A stretch of DNA of 64,000 nucleotides, taken from positions 1,535 through 65,534 of IMG/VR virus record IMGVR_UViG_3300021197_001596. One strand, given 5' to 3'. The stretch comes from a virus. Taxonomy: Duplodnaviria; Caudoviricetes. Below the pieces are notes generated by a model. The model made no database searches. It worked only from the letters and a program-made list of their open reading frames with translations, and was not told where the DNA came from. The position numbers and the translations under genes were made by a program. Positions 10,501 through 19,346 of this stretch are shown here, piece by piece; the stretch's first letter is position 1, and every line of letters starts with the position of its first letter.

Positions 10501-13500
10501 GTTATATCTTCAACATTAATATAATAACCATCTATAGGTTTTATTATTCTTTTATTTATCTGTTGAACCGTATTTGGATCTTCTGTTATTTGATAATTAC
10601 CGTTTCCAATATCGTCTGTTACAAAAGGACCTTCTACACTATAAGTACCACTTATTTTTACTGGTTTCAACACTGATTTTCCAGATAATGTAATATTTTT
10701 AGTTTCGTTATTAGATGGATTTAAAGATTCAAGATATTCTCCTTTTGTTTTTACAATAACGTTTGGTGAAGAGTTTTCAACAGTTATTAAATTACTAGGC
10801 GTTGTAAATTGTGTTTTTTCTATTAAATAACCATTAGTAGGAATTAATATTATTTCAACATCATCTATACTACCATCTTGTTTTATTTCTATCGATTGTT
10901 TTATATCACTACTCCAAGACTGACCATCAATTATTTTAACATTAAAATCATCAAGATCCTGTGCACCCACAGTAACATCATAATCTATTTCATTTGGTTT
11001 TCTTATTGATCTACCTATACCTTGTGTAGAAAAGTTTTTGTGATCTAGAGTATTTAGTTTTTTTGATTCTTGCGTTATATTGGTAAAAAATTTATTTTCT
11101 TTCGGTGTAAAAGTTGTTTCTAAACCAGTGACTTGATCAGTAGTTATTTTTTTTGCAACCCAACCGCTGGTGCCTTCGTATCCTAAAGTTTTATATTTTT
11201 TAATAACAGATGGATCTTCGTTTATTATGAATTCAACTTCAGAATTATATTGCGTACCATAGAAGTTATTTCTTAAAACATTTTCGCTGTCATGCCGCCA
11301 CAATTCACCATTTCTGTATGTATAATAAATATTATTCAAATACACAGAGTTTTCAGGAATAAAAGAAGCCCTTGTTACCCAACCGTTTACATCCTCAGAA
11401 AAACAAACAGTATCTAACCCATCAAAAGAAATATTATACAACTTTCTTCTTGCATCATAGCTTCCATAAAAAGTATCTGCAGTAAATAATCTTTGACGGA
11501 AAAAACTGTTCATATAGTTTTTTGATATTGGAGTTAATCCATCTTTTGATAATCTAATAATAACACCTCTAGTTTTGTCAGCAAAATAGCATCTAAAACC
11601 ATGTGAAGCAAAAGATTCTGGATGAGTACCAATACCAAACTCACCATTATATTCTATAGGATCTCCTATCACTCTGCTATCGGATATTAAATTAGAAGAA
11701 CCATTAGCATTGTAAAGAGCTGATTTATTAGCTAAAACCCTTAGTGTTTTATCTTCGCAAATTACAACCATAGAATCATTCCACCCATGCAACTTTTGTA
11801 TACTTCCATATGATGGTAAAAAATCTTTTGTTATTGGATTTGCCATATTAAACTCATTAGATCTATTAACACCAGATCTTGAGTTAACTATACCCGACCA
11901 TATTAAAGAATTAAACTTGTGTTCTTCTTTGAATGGTTCATCTAAAACAGTTGAAGCTTTGACACCATTGTCTATAAACACAGCATTATAATCATCTCTT
12001 ATTCTATTTGATTCAACACCATTACCAAAAGAAATACAATTATACCAGTTTAAGTTGTAATTCTCGTTGTGTGTGCTGATAGAAAGTATATCTGAAGCTT
12101 CAAAATATATATTTAATTCTGTTTTACTTTCTAACGGTTCTGTTTCAAATATAGCTGGCTCTTTTACTACTAGATTTTCTTCTACTCTCTCCTCTAATAT
12201 CTCCATCCTTGGTTCATTCATCCAAGTGTCGTCACCTCTTGTTACTACATCTTTTAATAATGGTTGAAAATTTCCATCTTCATCTATAAACCTAAAGTGT
12301 AATTCAGTATAACTTCTGCTTTTTACCAAAATACCACCACCATGCTTTGTAGCGTAAGCGGTTCTTAAAGTTTGACCAATTTCATATACCTTATCGTGAT
12401 GTGGAGTACCATCTGGATTTACAAATCTTACGAAATTACCAACTTTAGCTGTTTTTTGTAATTTATCAACTTCAGAATTTCTACGTCTCGTAGAGGCTTC
12501 TACTGTGATATTGTATTCTATTGAACCAGCATCGTGTCTTTTGCCTGTTTCATAAGTACTACCAGGCGTCACAGTTCCTCCCTTAGAAATAACAAAATCA
12601 TTTCTTGGGTTGGCAGATGCGCTATCTTTACCTCTGTTTATATTTTTCCATTTGTTAGCTCCAGATCTACCTGTACCACTAGCATCTTTTGATGAGTATA
12701 TACCTATCATGTTAAAATCAAATTTAACCAAATAGCTAACTCCTCCAATATCTTGTGTTATTATAGAATTTATTAAAGTAGAGTTAGATTTAAGTTTAAC
12801 AAAAAATCTTCCATCAAATTCTTTATCACCAGCGTCAATAAACTCTTCTAAGACGTTCATGCTAACCCCGAGATTTGTGTTTGGATCTCCTAGATTACCA
12901 CTTGTTTTATTATATATTATCTCTACATCTTCTCCAAAAGGTTCTTCAAAATCTATTTTTATTTCATTAGACCCAGCCGGATCTTGTGATAGTCTTTTTA
13001 TTTTATAAGCTTTTGATTCTTTACCTAAATACTCAAAACTTATATATCTACCAGGCCTTATTTCTTTAGTTTCTTCTAATTCTACACCGTTAGAACTACC
13101 ATTAGCTTGTTTCAACTGTACGCTTGCTCTTTCATTCAACGGTGCAGCATTACTAGCATCATCTTTGTTGGTTATTGTAACTCCTCCACCAGAGCCTTTA
13201 TAGTCATCAGTAAAAACTAAATTACCCAATGATCTTACGGTTCTTTTTCTAGCAGTTATAAATTCAGGCGGTTCAGCGGATATGTCTATTATTTTATATC
13301 TATTTTCAGTAGAATCAACAGCGTTATTATCTCCATGATTCTTTTTTAACAACAAATAATGTTCATCTGTGACTTTGTTCCTTTCTGAAGAAGGAAAACT
13401 TATATACATAAAACCGTTTTCAACATCATTGTAAAAACGGTCTGCTGCTAAGTTATAGAATTCACCAGATGTGTCTTTTATAAAATACCTATAGTGTGTT

Positions 13501-15371
13501 GCCCAAGGTGGGGGTGGTGTTGTAATAGATGCAGATATTCTGTTTTGTGCAGACGACTTTGATTTTGGTACAGTTATAACACCTGTATCATTTGAAAAAA
13601 CAGGTGTTTGTCTGTTATATTCATCTGAATAAACAACGCCTAGTTGATAGTTGCGATTTGACTTAACACTTATTCTTCTGTCTGCATTTGCGGTATTAAG
13701 TTTAACATCAAAATTAGGGTCTTTAAATACATCATAATTCTGTATATAATTACCATAAACAACTCTGTTAGCAGTAACTTCTTGTGCTTTTGCTTTCCTT
13801 GGTACATTGTCCCACTGTCTTAGTAACTGGTCATTAGCTACCAACGATTTAATTTGCTCTTTTCTTATTGTAAAAGAATTTTCAAAATCTATTCTTTTTT
13901 TAGTAGTTAATATATATATATTGTTATTTCTGGTCTCTTTAAATATTATTTCAATATCCTCTACTTCATCTGATCCTAAATCAAAATCTTCTAATAAAAC
14001 CTTACGGACTTGGTTTATCATGCCGTAATTGTAGGCCTCTTTACCATCATATTTAAAACCGTTTCTGTTTACTTTTAAGTTTGGATAAAAAGCTGGTTGT
14101 GTAAAAGGCGAGAAAACAGAATATTCTCCGTTTTTATATTTCCATCTATATGCAAATCTCACAAAAGCTAGTTCGTATATAGGATCTTCTTCTATTAAAT
14201 TTGCCGTAAATAGATGACTTTGTTTAACAGGGTCGTCTGAATCTATGTTAGAAATAACAACTTTAATACTTTTATTGGTAGCATCAATGCTTTGTATCCT
14301 ACATTCTAATGATAAATCAGCGTCTTCTGTAACAAACAAAGCAGATTGACCAACAACCCAATTAGGTATATCACCAAAATCAACTATATCAACTTCATCA
14401 CCGGCTATTTTATCAACAAAATTAACCTGTGCTGTAATCGTAGTATTACCAGTTATGTCAGTATCAAATAAAGTTAAGTTAGGAGCCTTTAGAGGAGCTT
14501 TCTTTATTACAGATATGTCATCTTCATTTATTGGTCTGTAATCAATTTTAAAAGCACCATTTGAGTCTTTATACTTGTATGATATCTGCGTTTGATTAGC
14601 TATGTGTTTGTAATTTTTAAATTCAGATATATTTATTCTTCTGGGCTGATTTACATTATCTGTCCAAAACAAAAGACCATCAATTATATTTATACCTGTT
14701 ATTAAATTATTTTTTGAAAAATTTAAAAAACCAGAATCGGTATATGTAAAATTTATATCTAAATTTCCAAAATGTTTTCCATTGTATGGTATATTTTTAA
14801 ACTCAATACTTTCATTGTTATTATTTAAAACACTTGTGTTTTTTGGTGCTGTAATTTTTAAATCAATTTCTGAGCACTCTATATCTATGTTACTATGTGT
14901 TAAACCATATTTTTGAGGAGAATCGGGCGTTGCCTTTTCTAAGTTTTTGCCTAATAAACTATTAAACTCTAACTCACTATATGAAAAAGATAACTCGCCT
15001 TCTACATTTGAATATACAGAAACATCTTTTATTGTAATTGTTTGAATTGTTTTTTCATCTAACAATACAGGTTTTACTTCTTTAGTCTTTTCATCAAACT
15101 CATAAATAGCATCTATAGAATCAGAAGTTACTATCCAATATATTTTATCATTTTTACTATCAGATATACTGCCTAATGTTTTTGCATTTTGTAACTGTAG
15201 ATCAGACAAAAGTTCATTACCTAACGTGTTTTCTATTGATCCAACATCAGATCCTTCTGATGATGAAATTTGAATATTTAAAGCATCAGTATATTCACCA
15301 TTAGGTATAAGTCTATCGTCCAGGTCTTTGTTCATTCTACCTGACGTAAAAGTATGCTTTAGTTCTGCCAT
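7590..15371 (-). CDS. Tail stabilization/nozzle-like protein with long beta-rich C-terminal extension (2593 aa)
   Basis: N-terminus MAELKHTFTSGRMNKDLDDRLIPNGEYTDALNI and internal LLFWTDN.NQPRRINI, FAYRWKY.NGEYS and YFADKTRGVIIRL motifs, recalled from crAss-like stabilization proteins; follows the ring-protein genes. Confidence 0.75.
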   Translation of the reverse strand: MAELKHTFTSGRMNKDLDDRLIPNGEYTDALNIQISSSEGSDVGSIENTLGNELLSDLQLQNAKTLGSISDSKNDKIYWIVTSDSIDAIYEFDEKTKEVKPVLLDEKTIQTITIKDVSVYSNVEGELSFSYSELEFNSLLGKNLEKATPDSPQKYGLTHSNIDIECSEIDLKITAPKNTSVLNNNNESIEFKNIPYNGKHFGNLDINFTYTDSGFLNFSKNNLITGINIIDGLLFWTDNVNQPRRINISEFKNYKHIANQTQISYKYKDSNGAFKIDYRPINEDDISVIKKAPLKAPNLTLFDTDITGNTTITAQVNFVDKIAGDEVDIVDFGDIPNWVVGQSALFVTEDADLSLECRIQSIDATNKSIKVVISNIDSDDPVKQSHLFTANLIEEDPIYELAFVRFAYRWKYKNGEYSVFSPFTQPAFYPNLKVNRNGFKYDGKEAYNYGMINQVRKVLLEDFDLGSDEVEDIEIIFKETRNNNIYILTTKKRIDFENSFTIRKEQIKSLVANDQLLRQWDNVPRKAKAQEVTANRVVYGNYIQNYDVFKDPNFDVKLNTANADRRISVKSNRNYQLGVVYSDEYNRQTPVFSNDTGVITVPKSKSSAQNRISASITTPPPPWATHYRYFIKDTSGEFYNLAADRFYNDVENGFMYISFPSSERNKVTDEHYLLLKKNHGDNNAVDSTENRYKIIDISAEPPEFITARKRTVRSLGNLVFTDDYKGSGGGVTITNKDDASNAAPLNERASVQLKQANGSSNGVELEETKEIRPGRYISFEYLGKESKAYKIKRLSQDPAGSNEIKIDFEEPFGEDVEIIYNKTSGNLGDPNTNLGVSMNVLEEFIDAGDKEFDGRFFVKLKSNSTLINSIITQDIGGVSYLVKFDFNMIGIYSSKDASGTGRSGANKWKNINRGKDSASANPRNDFVISKGGTVTPGSTYETGKRHDAGSIEYNITVEASTRRRNSEVDKLQKTAKVGNFVRFVNPDGTPHHDKVYEIGQTLRTAYATKHGGGILVKSRSYTELHFRFIDEDGNFQPLLKDVVTRGDDTWMNEPRMEILEERVEENLVVKEPAIFETEPLESKTELNIYFEASDILSISTHNENYNLNWYNCISFGNGVESNRIRDDYNAVFIDNGVKASTVLDEPFKEEHKFNSLIWSGIVNSRSGVNRSNEFNMANPITKDFLPSYGSIQKLHGWNDSMVVICEDKTLRVLANKSALYNANGSSNLISDSRVIGDPIEYNGEFGIGTHPESFASHGFRCYFADKTRGVIIRLSKDGLTPISKNYMNSFFRQRLFTADTFYGSYDARRKLYNISFDGLDTVCFSEDVNGWVTRASFIPENSVYLNNIYYTYRNGELWRHDSENVLRNNFYGTQYNSEVEFIINEDPSVIKKYKTLGYEGTSGWVAKKITTDQVTGLETTFTPKENKFFTNITQESKKLNTLDHKNFSTQGIGRSIRKPNEIDYDVTVGAQDLDDFNVKIIDGQSWSSDIKQSIEIKQDGSIDDVEIILIPTNGYLIEKTQFTTPSNLITVENSSPNVIVKTKGEYLESLNPSNNETKNITLSGKSVLKPVKISGTYSVEGPFVTDDIGNGNYQITEDPNTVQQINKRIIKPIDGYYINVEDITIDNPLISISKNKLDNGNVEVVETITIPRTNSANINYTISAVAHKIIIPDKIIFTKNLNTSDIDNNGETRTLVLNGEKNAEYELVFLEGSSVIKTVNGKIPSDTLKSYIDLVFPAGDTAQTYTVKLKTVSGTVFSSTFGDETFNIFRKVRYVNDITFTVNIGNNITTAQSLTNSPVIVSGYVDDIADIDFTFSYTLDGTGYNLSKIPVMDDIVFDSNDTETKITFNTFTLTTATNDTLLIKGNLKSTSFIESEFFELNLNNLLEKNVTITFAYSNTIAGGSATSNYTIAGYNGASVPYTVTTKANKPHTSMINRHFSLTAASGYKNKKTFTNIIPFKIYDSSNNDVTATFAFNEKVSFGSYNSVNNSEIVVGFKNKTFVAPSTNQTYTIRPLEELFEANTGVEIRALIAFATQLKSSGFTKINGYASSESYNSTLYTAPAGSTFENGPQNQRTFRNIDSIVRNVDGFKQRWKGSNGLETFFAGNGIQNVNNSFSDLTSGRYWITDGSAGNKLIQHVIKMPESLFYWWDPDNTSTSKYNITNLGSYFTKAAAGTYTDIFGDSKQVTNTFEVSADGKTLTVNMLVNFNNNAVGNAYYAPELTITAVNDHPNFFNKYLAKIGNFDHTSNPCNLVHDDNVDFVDVISKDSPLKKGSLIYLRTNDGDLAYVGNRFPVYIKDNPNLVYSDENKFLNAGGSAVPKGHYNFLQGEAPITIEETNCSISNFDDDPSYLAYKGNMGYTRSIPSNSGGIIQYQEFYLENPAYANKEITVKGTYFDQRYTNISNVSGNNVSNNSRNKQLMIVTSSSYPKGIYAQKAIEHVETYGWKVTDPSLNTWEAKVQMDSKGKGTLTIGVQVYSNVNVNGLRLYSPQIVGASGPTADLKRLGASYWDFTRMIITSGAKKPEPKYEYDYSLKDFVFQGNYEAYWDHIENPNFPSLYTINIGDNRATVDAAESDQWKNFYTGDMYLPSKNE

Positions 15372-16264
15372 TAGTGTTTAATTTGTTTAGATTTACCTCT
15401 CATTACTTGAGTAAGATCTTCTATGTTTATATTAGCTAATCTAAGTTTAGCTGAACGCATAGCCGCTTTCTTTTCTTTTTTTATTCTATTTATTTGATAT
15501 TCAGGAATATTAGCTTTGGCTGACATAATACCTAAAGCGATAGACTTATACATTGCCTCTTCAGCAAACTTATGAACTTGCATGTCTTCATCGGTATTTA
15601 AGCCGTCTGAAACATATTTTATAATAATAATTTTATTTTTTACGCCACTGCTAAATGATATAACACCTCTTGGCTGATCAATTATAAATGTATCATTTTT
15701 ATTTGCACTAGCAGGATCTATGCCATATCTTTTTCCATAATCAACATTATATCCATATCCCTCTTCTAAATAAGTAATATCCGATGCATCTGTTGTGCTA
15801 TAAGAATTATTTTTTTGTCCTTTAAATCTTTTTGAAGCCTCCGATTCTTTACCTATTAAAACATTTCCCTTATCATCGTACAAATAATTATAATCATCGT
15901 CTTGTAAATAAGGTACAGGAGCTGATGTATTTTGATTAGGTTTTAAAGGTCTTTCAATACCGGAATCGTCCAAACATGTCACTCTTACATAATTTACAAA
16001 ATCATGAGGTAACGGGATGGACATTGAAGGAGGTATTTCTACTTCAATAGATTTTACATTATTAATAGTATCATAGCTAAGCTCTTGTAAAGTTCTTTGA
16101 GCATGATAAGACACTTCTGTTCTTTTTGCTGACTTTATAATTTTATCATCGCCAACATACGAAACTAAAAAGTTACTTATTATATCATCTATTGTAACAA
16201 ATTGATAGTAGCCTTGATTCTTACTATTATAGTAGTCTTTTTGTGTATATTGTGCTAAAGCCAT
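15371..16264 (-). CDS. Tail ring/tubular (head-tail adaptor) protein (297 aa)
   Basis: LPHDFVNYVRV motif; position between the capsid block and the stabilization protein. Confidence 0.65.
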   Translation of the reverse strand: MALAQYTQKDYYNSKNQGYYQFVTIDDIISNFLVSYVGDDKIIKSAKRTEVSYHAQRTLQELSYDTINNVKSIEVEIPPSMSIPLPHDFVNYVRVTCLDDSGIERPLKPNQNTSAPVPYLQDDDYNYLYDDKGNVLIGKESEASKRFKGQKNNSYSTTDASDITYLEEGYGYNVDYGKRYGIDPASANKNDTFIIDQPRGVISFSSGVKNKIIIIKYVSDGLNTDEDMQVHKFAEEAMYKSIALGIMSAKANIPEYQINRIKKEKKAAMRSAKLRLANINIEDLTQVMRGKSKQIKH

Positions 16265-16267
16265 CTA

Positions 16268-16951
16268 TTATGATTTTTCTTTTTGAACTTTTAAATTGTC
16301 TTTCTGTTCTGCTACTTGACTTATTTCTGGCTGTTTAATAACAAGGCCAGCGTAGCTTAATATTTTATATACTACAGTTATTTCATCTGACTCATGCAAT
16401 TCAAAATCAGTTGCTGTAGATGAATCATATTTTGCAACATCACTTATTTCAACATAGCCCCATACAACTTGTGCTGGTTTTTTAATAAGCGTACAAGATA
16501 AACCGGTAATGGTTGTTGGATATACAGTTAATTCATTACCATTTCTAATATATACTGGTTTTTTAATATCAGGCTTAGTTAATTTTGATGCGTTAATATG
16601 CAAAAAATCATTTTGGTCTATAGCGTCTAGCTCTGTTGTATTATTATAGTAAACAGTGCCTAGCCTATATAAATTTGAAGGTAATGTAAAAACAGAATTT
16701 GCTTTTGTAAGTGAAGATGTTGTTCGAAATAAATTAATTTTTTCTTTTATATTATTTACAATATTAGCGTATTCATTAGTAATCTCACCAGCTCTATTAA
16801 ACTGATTAAGATCATAAAAATATTGCTCAAAAATTTCTAATTGAGCTTGATTTGCTAAAAGGTTGTATTCTTGTGGAGTCATATAACCTCTATTCTCTTT
16901 ATTAAGAATGGCTTGTACTCTTTGGTATACCGTATCTACGCTTATTGCCAT
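16268..16951 (-). CDS. Tail ring/tubular protein (227 aa)
   Basis: VYQRVQAILNKENRGYMTPQEYNLLANQAQLEIF helical N-terminus and FTLPSNLY motif, typical of P22 gp4-like/crAss ring proteins. Confidence 0.65.
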   Translation of the reverse strand: MAISVDTVYQRVQAILNKENRGYMTPQEYNLLANQAQLEIFEQYFYDLNQFNRAGEITNEYANIVNNIKEKINLFRTTSSLTKANSVFTLPSNLYRLGTVYYNNTTELDAIDQNDFLHINASKLTKPDIKKPVYIRNGNELTVYPTTITGLSCTLIKKPAQVVWGYVEISDVAKYDSSTATDFELHESDEITVVYKILSYAGLVIKQPEISQVAEQKDNLKVQKEKS

Positions 16952-16962
16952 AATTTTATATT

Positions 16963-17001
16963 TATAATGATAGGGCCACCGTAGTGACCCATATCACTAC
17001 A
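16963..17001 (-). promoter_or_regulatory. Intergenic RNA hairpin (stability or processing element)
   Basis: Minus strand GTAGTGATATGGGTCAC-TACG-GTGGCCCTATCATTAT; no U-tract follows. Confidence 0.5.
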
Positions 17002-17007
17002 AGGTGG

Positions 17008-17781
17008 TTATTTTAATTGTTTTTCAATTGCTTTATATACTTCAGTCCCTTCATCAGTTTTAAACCAAGCGGCTAATGCTGAAAAAGCATTTTCATCAAA
17101 AGGTACAGAGAATAATTTTCTTTTTGTTTTACTCCAATGCCAAGATCTTTGGTCTGCTGATAAGTTAATTATAGCAAGTTCAGATGCTTTAATACCAAAG
17201 TTTCTTAGTTGAACATTATCATCATTTGCTAACTGTAAGAAAAGAGCAGAGTTGTTTTTAGCATACAACAATATATCTCTTTTTATTTCTTGTGAAGTCA
17301 TAGATGAAACAGAGCTTCCTTGATCAACTCGCAATACTGCTTCAGCGTGATCTAAATCCATTGATTTTGCAATGTTTAAAGCTTCAATTTCTAATTCTAA
17401 ATCAACTAAATCATCCTGAGCCTCTTGGACAGCATCCAATTCCTCATAAATAACATTTTTACCTGGATGATATAATGATAATAGTTTTTGTAATGATTGA
17501 TTTGTTTTTGATACGTATAAAAAACCGTCTTTAAAAACAATATGTCCTAATGTTGATCTACCTTTTTGTTCATCACGAAGTGGTGATTTTTGGTTGGTAG
17601 CATATCTTAATTCTCTTGAATAACCTTTTTCTTCATCCCACCACATTAAAGGTGTTCTTGAATGATGCCTTGAGGCTAATGTAAATGTTATAGGTTGTTT
17701 ACCACCTTTAAGAGCATAAGATCTATCTTTTATAACCCAACTTGGGGTTTGCGGCTTTTTAGCCGTTGTTTTTGTTGCCAT
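17008..17781 (-). CDS. Head-associated protein (257 aa), function unknown
   Basis: Intact ORF directly downstream of the major capsid gene. Confidence 0.6.
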   Translation of the reverse strand: MATKTTAKKPQTPSWVIKDRSYALKGGKQPITFTLASRHHSRTPLMWWDEEKGYSRELRYATNQKSPLRDEQKGRSTLGHIVFKDGFLYVSKTNQSLQKLLSLYHPGKNVIYEELDAVQEAQDDLVDLELEIEALNIAKSMDLDHAEAVLRVDQGSSVSSMTSQEIKRDILLYAKNNSALFLQLANDDNVQLRNFGIKASELAIINLSADQRSWHWSKTKRKLFSVPFDENAFSALAAWFKTDEGTEVYKAIEKQLK

Positions 17782-17800
17782 GATATAATATAATAAAATT

Positions 17801-17844
17801 AATAAAAGTAAAGATAGGAGCGCCCGAAGACGCCCCGTCTTTAC
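17801..17844 (-). terminator. Intrinsic terminator after major capsid gene
   Basis: GTAAAGACGGGGCGTC-TTCG-GGCGCTCCTATCTTTAC followed by TTTTATT. Confidence 0.8.
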
Positions 17845-17852
17845 ATTAAGTA

Positions 17853-19325
17853 TTAAGCTACCTGTGAAGCAGTCTTAAATAATACGAAGTTATTCGCACC
17901 TTGAACACACAAACATCTTTCAGATAAGAAGTGTACATTCATTTCATCAACGTCAGAAGTATAAACTCCACCTACAGATCCAGTGATCCAAGATTTCATT
18001 TTACGATCATCAGCTTCAGAAGCTCGGTAACGTACGTGTAAGAATGGTCGCTTGATATTTTTACCAAGTGATTGATCATATACTGTAGAAGTACCGGCAG
18101 GTACAAGTACACCATCAATGTTTCCACCTAAACCACGAGTTGAAGCATCGTTAAGATATTTCCAGTCAGTTTTGTAGAAGTCATAAGAACCTCTGCGGAA
18201 ACCGCTAAATCCTAAGTTAAGTGCCATATCCTCACTATTGTTGAATACACCAAAAGATGATCCACCATTATAGTGAGCATTAACAGCTCCTAACATATCA
18301 TCAAAAGTCAATGCAGTAGCACGGTTTAAGAAAAGCATGTTTTCTTCAATGGCTCCTTGCTTGTCAAGATTCTTAAGAATTTCATCAAAATCTTGTAAAC
18401 CACCCCTTGCGCCACCATCAGAGTTATCTAATGCGTCTTCTCCAGAGTTAAAGTTTTGATAAATATTTCCTCTAGATTCAATAGCAGCAAATAAACCTTC
18501 AGTTCCTTTGTAGCTATCTCCAATTGCCCCAGATCCAGCAGCAGCAAGCTCGCCTTCAACCATTGACATTTCAAGGTAGTCTTCGAATCTTAGCCTTGTT
18601 TCATGCTCAGACTTTAAATACCATAAATATCCTGATGCTCCGTTTTCAGTTGTTACTTCAACCCACCCAATTTGTGCAGTATCAGAACCAGAGATAGAAT
18701 ATTTATCTTTGATAATGATTGGTGAGTTGCTGAATTGTTGAAAACCAGCATCTACAGATCCGTCCATACCAGCTGTACCTTTTTTAAATTCTGAACCATA
18801 AACGAATACCTTAACAGTAACGCCAGTTCCAGAAGTAAGTCCAGCAGCAGTAAGAGTAGCACCACCGTAAGCTTTAACAGTAAATGTGTTAGTGGCTGCA
18901 GCAGATACAACACCTTTTACTACTTTATCAGCAGTCCAAGTAACTCCATCATTTGGATGTGTTCCAGCTTCAATAATAGCTACTGTTTGTCCTACTCGTA
19001 CAGCGTGGCCATTTTCGGTAACCACTCCAGTTGTAGTATTTGCAGATGCACTATCATAAGCAATGTGTAATCTTCCTTGCTCTGACCAAATAACTTGATC
19101 TGAAGCGGAAGGAATTTCAGCGCCAACCATACGTAAGAAAGAAGCTACAGAACGGTTTCCGTATCTTTCAACTTCTTTTTCGTATACGTCGGGTAGAAAT
19201 TGTTGTGTAAATGTTCCACCTCCTGAGGCAGAATCGAATGTTAGGTAATTTGTACCAAACAAACTTTTAGTTGGGGCAGGCGTTAATCCGGCTGGAAACG
19301 CACCACCTGTTGAAAATAATCCCAT
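17853..19325 (-). CDS. Major capsid protein (490 aa)
   Basis: Position after portal and scaffold; W.EQGRLH, N.P.IIKD.Y..SGSD and GTEGLF..I..RG motifs of HK97-fold capsid proteins; high-expression codon bias; own terminator. Confidence 0.85.
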   Translation of the reverse strand: MGLFSTGGAFPAGLTPAPTKSLFGTNYLTFDSASGGGTFTQQFLPDVYEKEVERYGNRSVASFLRMVGAEIPSASDQVIWSEQGRLHIAYDSASANTTTGVVTENGHAVRVGQTVAIIEAGTHPNDGVTWTADKVVKGVVSAAATNTFTVKAYGGATLTAAGLTSGTGVTVKVFVYGSEFKKGTAGMDGSVDAGFQQFSNSPIIIKDKYSISGSDTAQIGWVEVTTENGASGYLWYLKSEHETRLRFEDYLEMSMVEGELAAAGSGAIGDSYKGTEGLFAAIESRGNIYQNFNSGEDALDNSDGGARGGLQDFDEILKNLDKQGAIEENMLFLNRATALTFDDMLGAVNAHYNGGSSFGVFNNSEDMALNLGFSGFRRGSYDFYKTDWKYLNDASTRGLGGNIDGVLVPAGTSTVYDQSLGKNIKRPFLHVRYRASEADDRKMKSWITGSVGGVYTSDVDEMNVHFLSERCLCVQGANNFVLFKTASQVA

Positions 19326-19346
19326 TTTTAAATAATCTTAGTTTTG

